From: a virus
Lineage: Duplodnaviria; Heunggongvirae; Uroviricota; Caudoviricetes
Strand: one strand, 5' to 3'
IMG/VR virus record: IMGVR_UViG_2703718855_000002
Length of the DNA: 39,413 nt
Under the pieces are notes generated by a model. The model was given only the letters and a program-made list of their open reading frames with translations, was not told where the DNA came from and did no database searches. Every line of letters begins with the position of its first letter. The stretch's first letter is position 1. Below are positions 17,217 through 26,702 of this stretch, in pieces. The position numbers were made by a program, and so were the translations under genes.

Positions 17217-17912
17217 ATGAATTTATTTGAGCGTTTGCTGTATCGCCGTCTTTGCAATGAGCAACCAGTCGATGGTGGAGCAGCTCCGGCTGCGTCAGAA
17301 CCGTCAGCGCCTGCAGGTGATAACCCTGCTCCAGTTGGTGATCCATCACAACAGGAAGGTGATAAGCCACAACCTGTTGCTGATGGCGATAAACCTGCTG
17401 ATGACAAAAAGCCTGAAAACGATAAGCAGGATGAAAAAAAGGACGGCGATAAACCAGAGGGTGCGCCTGAGAAGTACGAATTTCAGGCTGCCGAAGGCGT
17501 AGAGCTGGATACAGAAGCGTTGAAGGAGTTCGAGCCGGTGGCTCGAGAACTAAACCTGACCAACGAGCAAGCGCAAAAGCTGGTTGATGCTTATCCGAAG
17601 ATTCTGGCAGGTGTTCAGCAGCGCCAGGCAGAAGCCTGGCAGAAAACAACCGAGCAGTGGGCTGCGGATGTAAAAGCTGACAAAGAAATCGGTGGCGACA
17701 AGTTGATTTCTAACCTTAGCTCCGCACAGCGTGCGCTTGACCAGTTCGGGACACCTGAACTCAAAGAATATCTGAACACCACCGGGCTGGGTAATCACCC
17801 TGATCTGGTCAAAACGTTCGTGAAAATCGGAAAGGCGATGTCTGAAGATGGCATGGTCACCGGTGGTAATGAAGGCCAGCGTAGTGCGGCCGAAGTGCTC
17901 TATGGCAAATAA
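17217..17912 (+). CDS. Scaffolding protein
   Basis: Acidic, Pro/Asp/Lys-rich low-complexity N-terminus; between portal and capsid; ATG 17217 after SD AACAGGAG. Confidence 0.6.
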   Translation: MNLFERLLYRRLCNEQPVDGGAAPAASEPSAPAGDNPAPVGDPSQQEGDKPQPVADGDKPADDKKPENDKQDEKKDGDKPEGAPEKYEFQAAEGVELDTEALKEFEPVARELNLTNEQAQKLVDAYPKILAGVQQRQAEAWQKTTEQWAADVKADKEIGGDKLISNLSSAQRALDQFGTPELKEYLNTTGLGNHPDLVKTFVKIGKAMSEDGMVTGGNEGQRSAAEVLYGK

Positions 17913-17926
17913 GAGAGGAAATGACA

Positions 17927-18913
17927 ATGGCTGTTAAAGGCTTAACTGCGCTAACGCTGGCTGACTGGGGTAAGCGCGTCGATCCAAACGGGAAAGTCGA
18001 TAAGATTATCGAGCTTCTCGGTCAAACTAACCCGATCCTTCAGGATATGCCTTTTGTCGAAGGGAACCTTCCTACCGGACACCGAACCACCATTCGTTCT
18101 GGTTTACCTTCAGCTACCTGGCGTTTGCTGAACTATGGTGTACAGCCAAGCAAATCAACCACAGTGCAGGTCACCGATTCCGTTGGCATGCTGGAAACCT
18201 ATGCTGAAGTCGATAAGTCACTGGCTGATTTGAACGGCAATACCGCCGAATTCCGCCTGTCTGAAGACCGCGCATTTATTGAAGCGATGAATCAGCAGAT
18301 GGCGCAGACGCTGTTTTATGGTGATTCCAGCGTTAACCCTCAGCAGTTTATGGGACTGTCCTCCCGCTATTCCAGCCTGTCTGCGGGTAATGCTCAGAAC
18401 ATCATTGATGCTGGTGGCACGGGTACAGATAACACCTCAATCTGGTTAGTGGTGTGGGGCGAAAACACCGTGCATGGCATCTTCCCGAAAGGGCAGAAGG
18501 CTGGCATCCAGATGGAAGATAAAGGCCAGGTGACACTGGAAGATGCTAATGGCGGCAAGTACGAAGGCTATCGCACCCATTACAAATGGGACAACGGACT
18601 TGCTCTGCGTGACTGGCGTTATGTTGTTCGCATTGCAAACATCGATGTCAGCAATCTTTCAGAACCTTCCTCTGCCGCAAATATTGCGAAGTTGATGGTT
18701 AAAGCACTGCATCGCATTCCAAACCGTGGCATGGGCCGCCCGGTGTTCTACATGAACCGCACTGTAGGCCAGGCTCTTGATCTGCAGTCTCTGGAGAAAA
18801 CATCTCTGGCTATCAGCGTAAAAGAGACTGAAGGCGAGTGGTGGACTTCATTCCGTGGTGTACCAATCCGTGAAACTGATGCGCTTCTGGAAACAGAAGC
18901 CCGCGTGGTGTAA
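17927..18913 (+). CDS. Major capsid protein
   Basis: About 330 aa in the canonical position after scaffold; strong SD AAGAGAGGAA. Confidence 0.75.
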   Translation: MAVKGLTALTLADWGKRVDPNGKVDKIIELLGQTNPILQDMPFVEGNLPTGHRTTIRSGLPSATWRLLNYGVQPSKSTTVQVTDSVGMLETYAEVDKSLADLNGNTAEFRLSEDRAFIEAMNQQMAQTLFYGDSSVNPQQFMGLSSRYSSLSAGNAQNIIDAGGTGTDNTSIWLVVWGENTVHGIFPKGQKAGIQMEDKGQVTLEDANGGKYEGYRTHYKWDNGLALRDWRYVVRIANIDVSNLSEPSSAANIAKLMVKALHRIPNRGMGRPVFYMNRTVGQALDLQSLEKTSLAISVKETEGEWWTSFRGVPIRETDALLETEARVV

Positions 18914-18929
18914 CGCCTGTTATTAACCT

Positions 18930-18949
18930 GTGGGTCGTAACAGACCCAC
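18930..18949 (+). other. Stem-loop immediately after capsid gene (GTGGGTC-GTAACA-GACCCAC), no U-tract
   Basis: 7-bp perfect stem located 17 nt after capsid stop. Confidence 0.4.
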
Positions 18950-18964
18950 TAATGGAGAAAGAAG

Positions 18965-19402
18965 ATGATCACCGACAAACTGTTGATGTTCTCCGAAGCT
19001 CAGGCGGTTACGAATACCGCGGCTTCTACTGACGTAATCGATCTCGGTCCAATTGACGGAAAACGTCGTGATATCGGCGTGGGTTACCCGCTTGAGTTTT
19101 GGGCGCTGGTTAACGAAGCCGCCACGGCAAGTGGTGAGGCAACTGTAAACATCCAGTTGCAGACGAGTGAGAATAACAGCTCATGGACCACTATTTATGA
19201 TAGTGGTGCACTGGCAAAGACCGCCCTGACAGCAGGTAAACGAGTTGTTTCTGCAAAAGTGCCTGCCGGTGTTCAGCGATATCTGCGTGTTAACTACTCC
19301 GTCGCAACTGGCCCACTAACGGCTGGCGAATTCACTGCTGGTATCAGTCTTGATGTTGATGCCAATACGCCGTATCCGATCCGCTCAAAAGTAACTGGTT
19401 AA
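18965..19402 (+). CDS. Hypothetical virion protein (possible capsid decoration)
   Basis: 145-aa ORF in head module; function guessed from position. Confidence 0.4.
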   Translation: MITDKLLMFSEAQAVTNTAASTDVIDLGPIDGKRRDIGVGYPLEFWALVNEAATASGEATVNIQLQTSENNSSWTTIYDSGALAKTALTAGKRVVSAKVPAGVQRYLRVNYSVATGPLTAGEFTAGISLDVDANTPYPIRSKVTG

Positions 19403-19403
19403 G

Positions 19404-19748
19404 GTGATATCGATGTCAGGTGAGAAACCAAGATACCGCGTTCTGCGCCTCTCTCATATCCATAACACTCTGTGGCCGGAGGGGGCGGAAATCGAATACG
19501 AAGGTGAGCCTGGTAGCGCACTGGAACCTGTTAACGATGCAGCCAGACAGGCAAAAGCAAAGGTAGCAGGAAAGGTGTCAATGGCAGCAACCAGTACCAA
19601 AATCATCAACGATGTGTCAGATGATGGTGAGCTGGATAAGCTCCGTGAAGAGTACGAATTGCTCTTTAACGAGAAGCCACACCATAACGCCAAAGCCGAA
19701 ACGCTCCGCGAGAAGATCGCAGATAAGCGTAAAGAACTGGGCGTGTAA
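19404..19748 (+). CDS. Hypothetical protein
   Basis: 114-aa ORF, start adjacent to previous stop. Confidence 0.4.
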   Translation: MISMSGEKPRYRVLRLSHIHNTLWPEGAEIEYEGEPGSALEPVNDAARQAKAKVAGKVSMAATSTKIINDVSDDGELDKLREEYELLFNEKPHHNAKAETLREKIADKRKELGV

Positions 19749-19765
19749 GCCTCGCGGATCAGACA

Positions 19766-19786
19766 AGGGGCTTCGGCCCCTTTATT
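19766..19786 (+). terminator. Rho-independent terminator within structural operon
   Basis: AGGGGC-TTCG-GCCCCT hairpin followed by TTTATT. Confidence 0.5.
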
Positions 19787-19798
19787 GCAGGAGTGTAT

Positions 19799-20122
19799 AT
19801 GGAACTCGTAAACCTCAAAACCGGCACTGACAGCTACCAGGATGAGAGCGGAGAAACCAGAACTCGCGATGAATACCCGTGGGGGCTGTGCATCACTCTT
19901 AATAACGACACATTGAATAAGCTGAAGGCGCAACCTAAGGGCGTCGGAACGGAAGTGATGATAACTGCAAAGGCTGTTATTCGAGGCCTGTCTGCCAGAG
20001 AAACTAACGATGGCGTTAATCGCAGCGCCGATCTGCAGATCACTGATATGGCGATCGCTCCTGTTTCCGGGGATGTAGAAAAATCAGCGGCTGAAACTCT
20101 GTACGGTAACGGAGGTGAGTGA
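19799..20122 (+). CDS. Hypothetical protein
   Basis: ATG 19799 after SD GCAGGAG; stop overlaps next start. Confidence 0.4.
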   Translation: MELVNLKTGTDSYQDESGETRTRDEYPWGLCITLNNDTLNKLKAQPKGVGTEVMITAKAVIRGLSARETNDGVNRSADLQITDMAIAPVSGDVEKSAAETLYGNGGE

Positions 20123-20727
20123 TGGCCTCTGTAGTAGAGATCTGTAATCGTGCGCTGTCCAATATTGGCAACAGCCGCAGCATTAACAGCCTGACGGAAG
20201 CCAGCAAGGAAGCGGGGGAATGTTCGCTGCACTTTGAGGCCTGTCGTGATGCTGTGCTTTCTGATTTTGACTGGAACTTTGCTACCAAACGCGTGGCGCT
20301 TGCAGATACGAGCAATCCACCGCCTGACTGGGAATATGCGTACCAGTACCCGTCCGATTGTCTGCGCATTACTGAAATTATGCTTCCTGGTGTACGCAAT
20401 CCAACAGCAGCAATGCGCGTTCAGTACGAAGTTGGTGCAGACACCAACGGAACAGGAAAATTGATCTACACAGACCAGCCTCAGGCATGGCTCAAGTATG
20501 TCTCTCGCGTTACAGATGTAAACATGTTTGATGCCATTTTTATGGAGGCGCTGGCCTGGCGTCTTGCGGCAGCCATTAACATGGCGCTGACTGGGAATGC
20601 GGATCTCGGTACATTTGCTCTCAATATGTACAATCGCGTGATTCTTAGTGCTGGCTCGCATAGCCAGAATGAATCACAGGAACCACAACCACCGGTTGAC
20701 GAGTTTACCATTGCGAGGTTGTCCTGA
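20122..20727 (+). CDS. Tail tubular protein A (T7 gp11-like)
   Basis: About 200 aa; N-terminal pattern similar to T7 gp11 as recalled; SD GGAGG; precedes gp12-like gene. Confidence 0.6.
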   Translation: MASVVEICNRALSNIGNSRSINSLTEASKEAGECSLHFEACRDAVLSDFDWNFATKRVALADTSNPPPDWEYAYQYPSDCLRITEIMLPGVRNPTAAMRVQYEVGADTNGTGKLIYTDQPQAWLKYVSRVTDVNMFDAIFMEALAWRLAAAINMALTGNADLGTFALNMYNRVILSAGSHSQNESQEPQPPVDEFTIARLS

Positions 20728-23180
20728 TGGCTATCAGTTGGATCCAGCCCAGCTTTGCCGGTGGTGAGATTGGACCGTCGTTGTACGGTCGTATCGACAT
20801 GGCGAAGTACCAGGTGGCATTGCGCAAGTGCGATAACTTTATCGTGCGGCAGTATGGTGGTGTTGAGAATCGACCTGGTACGCGTTTTGTCGGTGCCGCC
20901 AAATACCCAAATCGGAAATGCCGCCTGATCCCGTTCCAGTTCTCGACGGTTCAGACCTATGCTCTGGAGTTCGGGCACCAGTACATGCGCGTTATCAAAG
21001 ATGGTGCGTTGGTGCTGAACAGCAGCAATGTTATTTATGAAATTGCCACGCCATATACTGAAGCCGATCTGTTCCGAATTAAATTCACGCAAAGCGCCGA
21101 CGTGCTTACGCTGGTTCACCCGGCATACCCGCCGAAAGAGTTGCGCCGCTACGCGCATGACAACTGGCAACTGGTTGATGTGGTAACGAAGAACGGGCCA
21201 TTTGAAGATATCAATATTGACGAGTCAGTGACGGTTTATGCCAGCGCCAGCACCGGGACAATTACGTTAACGGCAAGCGCCTCTATTTTTGGCGCGGAGC
21301 AGGTAGGCAAATTGTTCTATCTGGAACAGCCTGCAGTGGATTCAGTGCCGGTATGGGAAACCAGTAAGAGTACGTCGATTGGCGATATTCGCCGTGCAGA
21401 CAGTAATTACTATCGCGCCGTTACAGCAGGCAAAACAGGCACTTTGCGCCCTTCGCATACAGAAGGCACATCATGGGATGGCTGGGGCGGATCCGGTGAT
21501 GATGATACTGGCATTGAGTGGGAATATCTGCACAGTGGTTTTGGCATTGCCCGTATCACTGCTGCAAATGGCACTACTGCAACTGCTGAGGTGATTTCCT
21601 ATATCCCTTCGCAGGTCGTTGGCGAGGATAATGCCAGCTATAAATGGGCTAAATATGCCTGGAACAGTGTTAATGGTTATCCTGGCACTGTTGTTTATTA
21701 TCAACAACGTCTTTATTTCGCCGCATCGACTGCGTTCCCTCAGACTATCTGGGCCAGCCGTACCGGGGATTATAAGGATTTTGGCAAAAGCAATCCTACG
21801 CAGGATGACGACAGAATTATCTACACCTATGCCGGGCGTCAGGTTAATGAGATCCGCCACCTGATTGATGTCGGTTCGCTGGTGGCACTGACTTCTGGAG
21901 GTGAGTACGTCATCACCGGCGACCAGAACAAAGTGTTAACCCCATCATCATTTGCATTCAGCTCTCAGGGATCAAATGGCTCGAGCAATGTCCCACCAAT
22001 TGCCGTGGCGAATATTGCTCTGTTCGTCCAGGAGAAAGGCAGTGTTGTACGCGATCTGGCCTACTCATTCGATGTTGACGGATATCAGGGGAACGACCTT
22101 ACTATCCTTGCCAATCATCTTTTTCAGAAGCACAGCATTGTTGACTGGTGCTTCTCGATTGTCCCTTACTCCAGCGCCTTCTGCATTCGTGATGATGGTA
22201 AATTACTGGTGATGACCTACTTGCGCGATCAGCAGGTTTTTGCATGGGCACCACAATCCAGTACCGGAAAATATGAAAGCACATGCAGTATCAGCGAAGG
22301 CAATGAAGATGCGGTGTATTTCGTCGTTAACCGAACCGTTAACGGGCAAACAGTGAGATACATCGAGAGACTGTCCAGCCGTTTATTTACCAGCGATGAA
22401 GATGCTTTCTTTGTTGATTCTGGCCTTAGCTATGATGGAAGAAATACGTCTGACAGAACGATGACAATCACTGGTGGTTCTGGCGAATGGGATTACCGCG
22501 CGGAATATACAATCAGTGTTTCTGGTGGTGCGTACTTCACCAGTAGTGATGTTGGTGCACAACTACAGTTCCCTTATACCGGCGATGAAGTGTCAAAAAA
22601 ATTACGTTGCGACATTATTTCTGTAACCAGCACTACTGCTGTAGTGGTTCGTGCTAACAGGAACGTCCCGACATCCCTCAGGGATGTGGGCACCACGAAC
22701 TGGCAAATGGCGCGCCGGACATTTGGAGGCCTGTCTCATCTTGAAGGACAGACCGTAAACATTCTCTCTGATGCTAATGTGGAGCCACAGAAAGTGGTTT
22801 CCGGAGGTGCCGTCACGCTGGAATCACCTGGGGCTGTAGTGCACATCGGCCTGCCAATAACTGCTGAATTCGAAACACTGGATATCAACATTAACGGACA
22901 GGAAACGCTGCTGGACAAAAAACAGGTGATCCCGTCCGTTACTCTGGTTGTGAATGCCAGCCGCGGCATCTGGGCGACTACGCCAGGCGGTAAATGGTAC
23001 GAATATCCACAGCGTGAATTCGAGTTCTACGATGATCCTGTTGATGACGCTACCGGAAAAGTAGAAGTGAAACTGGACAGTAACTGGGGCAAAAACGGAC
23101 GTGTAAGAATCCGTCAGCTTGACCCGTTGCCGCTGTCTGTTCTTGCCGTTATTCCTCGCCTTACTGTTGGGGGATTCTGA
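20727..23180 (+). CDS. Tail tubular protein B (T7 gp12-like)
   Basis: 817 aa; size, position and N-terminal pattern consistent with gp12 family. Confidence 0.65.
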   Translation: MAISWIQPSFAGGEIGPSLYGRIDMAKYQVALRKCDNFIVRQYGGVENRPGTRFVGAAKYPNRKCRLIPFQFSTVQTYALEFGHQYMRVIKDGALVLNSSNVIYEIATPYTEADLFRIKFTQSADVLTLVHPAYPPKELRRYAHDNWQLVDVVTKNGPFEDINIDESVTVYASASTGTITLTASASIFGAEQVGKLFYLEQPAVDSVPVWETSKSTSIGDIRRADSNYYRAVTAGKTGTLRPSHTEGTSWDGWGGSGDDDTGIEWEYLHSGFGIARITAANGTTATAEVISYIPSQVVGEDNASYKWAKYAWNSVNGYPGTVVYYQQRLYFAASTAFPQTIWASRTGDYKDFGKSNPTQDDDRIIYTYAGRQVNEIRHLIDVGSLVALTSGGEYVITGDQNKVLTPSSFAFSSQGSNGSSNVPPIAVANIALFVQEKGSVVRDLAYSFDVDGYQGNDLTILANHLFQKHSIVDWCFSIVPYSSAFCIRDDGKLLVMTYLRDQQVFAWAPQSSTGKYESTCSISEGNEDAVYFVVNRTVNGQTVRYIERLSSRLFTSDEDAFFVDSGLSYDGRNTSDRTMTITGGSGEWDYRAEYTISVSGGAYFTSSDVGAQLQFPYTGDEVSKKLRCDIISVTSTTAVVVRANRNVPTSLRDVGTTNWQMARRTFGGLSHLEGQTVNILSDANVEPQKVVSGGAVTLESPGAVVHIGLPITAEFETLDININGQETLLDKKQVIPSVTLVVNASRGIWATTPGGKWYEYPQREFEFYDDPVDDATGKVEVKLDSNWGKNGRVRIRQLDPLPLSVLAVIPRLTVGGF

Positions 23181-23644
23181 TGATCGATGTTCGAATTATT
23201 CCCGCTACCGAAGAGCATCTTCAGATGATTTTGCCGGATGTTCGTCAGGCTGATATTGACGAACTGTATGCGGTATCACTGATGACTACCGAAGATGCGC
23301 TGCGTGTTGGTCTGCGTACTGCGACTATGGCCTGGTCAGGATTTGCGAACGGAGAACCGGTAACCATGTTTGGCATATCTCCGGCGTCAATGATCGGTGG
23401 CAATGGTACGCCCTGGCTGGTCGGAACCAGCCGTATCGAAAAATATCAGAAGACATTTCTTCGCCACTGCCGCCCTGTATTGCAGCAGATGCTGGCAGTT
23501 TATCCGCGCCTGGAAAACTATGTCGACGAGCGAAACCATGTTGCCAAAGCATGGCTGCACTGGCTTGGATTCAGGCTTGAAGAAGCCGCGCCTTATGGTG
23601 CTCTTGGTCTTAATTTCCACAGATTTCACATGGAGAGAAAATAA
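23180..23644 (+). CDS. Internal virion protein (gp13-position)
   Basis: 154-aa ORF directly after tail tube B, overlapping stop/start. Confidence 0.4.
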   Translation: MIDVRIIPATEEHLQMILPDVRQADIDELYAVSLMTTEDALRVGLRTATMAWSGFANGEPVTMFGISPASMIGGNGTPWLVGTSRIEKYQKTFLRHCRPVLQQMLAVYPRLENYVDERNHVAKAWLHWLGFRLEEAAPYGALGLNFHRFHMERK

Positions 23645-24189
23645 TGTGCGATCCGGTTATTGCTGGTGGCGCAATGCTCGCCATGAGTGGCATTCAGGCA
23701 TACACCCAGTACCAACAGGGAAAGTATGCCTCGAAGGTTGCAGAAGCGAACGCAGATATAGCCACAGCTCAGGCAAATGATGCAATAAACAGAGGTAACG
23801 CTGAAGCTGAGCAACGGCGCAGAGAGACCCGACAGCGGCTTGGTACACAGGCGGCGACAATGGGGGCTACCGGCGCTGATTTATCTACAGGTAACGCGCT
23901 GGATATATTTGGCGACACTGCCCAGTTTGGCGCTCTTGATTCTCTGACGACGGTGAATAACGCGCGACGCGAGGCTTACGGTTATCAGGTTCAGGCTGCC
24001 AACTATAAAGCAGAAGCCAGTTCAGCCCGTAAACAGGGGAATGTGGGAGCAGCAACAACATTGCTCACTGCGCCTCTGAAGGCATACGGTGCGTACCAGA
24101 TGTTTGGTGGGACGTGGAGTCCGTTTACTCAAAGCACTCCTGCACCAATCGGGGCAGCAGCAGGAACCAGATTACCCGGAGGATTATAA
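23644..24189 (+). CDS. Internal virion protein (gp14-like)
   Basis: 181 aa, Ala/Gly/Gln-rich; position. Confidence 0.45.
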   Translation: MCDPVIAGGAMLAMSGIQAYTQYQQGKYASKVAEANADIATAQANDAINRGNAEAEQRRRETRQRLGTQAATMGATGADLSTGNALDIFGDTAQFGALDSLTTVNNARREAYGYQVQAANYKAEASSARKQGNVGAATTLLTAPLKAYGAYQMFGGTWSPFTQSTPAPIGAAAGTRLPGGL

Positions 24190-26702
24190 TGCCAGTCGTA
24201 CCAACAGTATCCGGACGTCAGGTTGAGAGCCGTGGAGTTCAGTCAGCAGGCTTGCAGACGTTTTCTCAGCCAGGTATTGGTGATGCTTTTGTTCGGGCAG
24301 GGGCAGAGGCAATTGATGTTTTTGGTCAGGCAAAACAGCGTGCCAATATCGCTCTGGCTCAGGAGGCATCTCTTAACCTCAGTCAGATAAGCAGCGATCT
24401 GTTGAATAACCCTGAAACAGGTTTGCTTAACCTGAAAGGGAAAAATGCTATTGGAAAAGGTCAGGAGTATACGCAGCAGTTTGATGCTCAGATCGAACAA
24501 CTGGCTATGTCGCTGCCGGATGAACAGGCTCGTAATGCTTTCATGCAGCAGGCGCAGCAGCAGCGTATTCAGTTCACTACGCAGGCTGGGCGGCACGAGA
24601 TAGGGCAAATAAATGCCTACGAAGAAGGCCAGTTTCAGGCGACGCTGCTGAACAATGGTAAAAATGCCGCAGCATTGTATGGCGACAACGCCGCATACGT
24701 ATTGGCTAATAAGCAAACTTTCCAGCAAATTGAGGATTACGGCATTGCGCATGGCTGGAGCGACGAGCAAATACAGGCCAAGAAAATCGAGTTTAAAGAG
24801 AAGGTTGCTGATGCCGCATTGTCCCAGTGGTCGGCAAACAATGCGACCGCATTCATCCAAAGTAATGGCGAGTTAAGTGATACTGCTGCTGGAGCTCGCC
24901 GTGCTGTAGCAGATAGTGACTCTTCCGAGCGTGCCCGTGGCATACGCAACAATAACCCAGGAAATCTCGAATACAGCAAAACTAATCCGTGGGTAGGCCA
25001 GACCGGTGATGATGGTCGATTTGCGAAATTCGAAACACCTGAACACGGGATTCGTGCATTAGGGCGGAACCTGATGTCGTATCAGAGGCAGGGTATTGAT
25101 ACCGTCAGTGAGATAATTAATCGCTGGGCACCGCCTACTGATAAAAATGACACTATGTCGTATATCAAAGCAGTGTGCGAACAACTTGGCGTTTCTGCTG
25201 ATGAGCCTCTCGATGCATCTAATCCTGATACCCTGAAGGCGCTTTGTGCAGCCATTATCCATCATGAGAACGGTAGCCAGCCATACAGTGATCAGCAGTT
25301 AACTGCTGGTGTCAGTGCAGCACTTGGTTTATCAACAATTCCAACCAACACCAAACGCTATACCGGTAATGCAGCATTCGATGCGGCATCTCCTGAGGCG
25401 CAGGCAAGTTTTATGCGACAGGCGGATCAACTGCGTCGGCAGCAGCAGGCTGAATATAAAACGATGATTGACAGCCAGGTTCGCGATGCGACAGCTGCGT
25501 ATATGCGTGGCGTTGAATTTCCTAACCCACCTGGTGAGGATGATTTTATTGCAGCTTATGGTGTCAGAGAAGGAAACCTGCGATATACCGAGTTTAAGAA
25601 TACGCAGATCGCCGGACAGTATATAGGTTCTTTCCGCAACATGCCGACAAGCAGCATTACAGCATATGTTGAGCAATTACGCCCGGATACTGGTGAGACA
25701 GGGGAGGGGTATGCGGCACGCGCAGCTCTTTATGACAACGTTGTTTCGGCTGCAAATCAGGTGATAAAGCAGCGGCAATCGGATCCTGTGCAGTTCTCTC
25801 TTGCCGCCGGACAGGCTAAGCCTATCGACATGAGCAATAAGGATAACTTTGGACAGAGCGTTGCCTTGCGTGCCGCTCAGGTCAGTGACCTTGCCAAGTC
25901 ATATGGCACTCCACTGACGTTCTTTTCCAAAGACGAGGCCAATCAGATCGGTGTTTTCTTTCGTGATGCGCCCGTTTCCCAACAGGCAGCATATCTCGAT
26001 ACCATCAGGCAAAGCACTGGCGGTGGGCAGGTGTATATGTCAGCACTACAGCAGATCAGTGCCAACGCTCCATCTGCTGCCGTTGCCGGGATACTGATGG
26101 ATAAGCCTGGTGGTATTTTGGCAGAAAAAAACTGGTTTAATCCGGATGTTTCCGTGTCTCCTGAAACCGCTGCGCAGACAATTCTTGCTGGCGCGGCGGC
26201 TCGTAAAGGTACTGATGATTCGAAAGGTATTCCGATGCCTAAAGATGCTGATCTTCGCCTTGAGTTTTCTGACATGGTGAAGGATGCATTTGCTGGTGAT
26301 GCTCAGGGGGCATCAATGGCATACGAGATCGCAAAGGACTATTACGCTGGTGTGATGGCGAAAAAAGGCGTGGTATCAGGCGAAATTGACAATGATATCT
26401 GGAAACAGGCTGTTAACGTAGCTACAGGTGGCGTGCATGACTATAACGGAATGGGGAATGTTCTTTTGCCGTGGGGAATGTCTGCAGAGCAATTCGATAA
26501 GCAGGTTAATCAGGCTTGGAATGAACAAGTTGTCGGCACAGGGATAAAAACACCGCCTGGTCAGTATGGTTTGCAAAGTTACGGCGATAGTCAGTACCTA
26601 GTAAAACTTGGGACTGGATATCTGCTGAAGGATGATGGTTCTCCTGTTGTTCTTGATCTGACACAGAAGCGTCAGAGATTCTCCGGAGATATTCCGCAAT
26701 GA
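24189..26702 (+). CDS. Internal virion / ejection protein (gp15-like)
   Basis: 837 aa; ATG 24189 overlaps previous stop (TAATG); contains an RNNNPGNL...FAKFETPEHG segment that may be an enzymatic domain. Confidence 0.55.
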   Translation: MPVVPTVSGRQVESRGVQSAGLQTFSQPGIGDAFVRAGAEAIDVFGQAKQRANIALAQEASLNLSQISSDLLNNPETGLLNLKGKNAIGKGQEYTQQFDAQIEQLAMSLPDEQARNAFMQQAQQQRIQFTTQAGRHEIGQINAYEEGQFQATLLNNGKNAAALYGDNAAYVLANKQTFQQIEDYGIAHGWSDEQIQAKKIEFKEKVADAALSQWSANNATAFIQSNGELSDTAAGARRAVADSDSSERARGIRNNNPGNLEYSKTNPWVGQTGDDGRFAKFETPEHGIRALGRNLMSYQRQGIDTVSEIINRWAPPTDKNDTMSYIKAVCEQLGVSADEPLDASNPDTLKALCAAIIHHENGSQPYSDQQLTAGVSAALGLSTIPTNTKRYTGNAAFDAASPEAQASFMRQADQLRRQQQAEYKTMIDSQVRDATAAYMRGVEFPNPPGEDDFIAAYGVREGNLRYTEFKNTQIAGQYIGSFRNMPTSSITAYVEQLRPDTGETGEGYAARAALYDNVVSAANQVIKQRQSDPVQFSLAAGQAKPIDMSNKDNFGQSVALRAAQVSDLAKSYGTPLTFFSKDEANQIGVFFRDAPVSQQAAYLDTIRQSTGGGQVYMSALQQISANAPSAAVAGILMDKPGGILAEKNWFNPDVSVSPETAAQTILAGAAARKGTDDSKGIPMPKDADLRLEFSDMVKDAFAGDAQGASMAYEIAKDYYAGVMAKKGVVSGEIDNDIWKQAVNVATGGVHDYNGMGNVLLPWGMSAEQFDKQVNQAWNEQVVGTGIKTPPGQYGLQSYGDSQYLVKLGTGYLLKDDGSPVVLDLTQKRQRFSGDIPQ

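Noticed and set aside
24114-24188. N-terminal extension of the gp15-like ORF
   Set aside because: Would overlap the preceding gene by 75 nt in another frame; ATG at 24189 overlaps the upstream stop (TAATG), the usual coupling arrangement.
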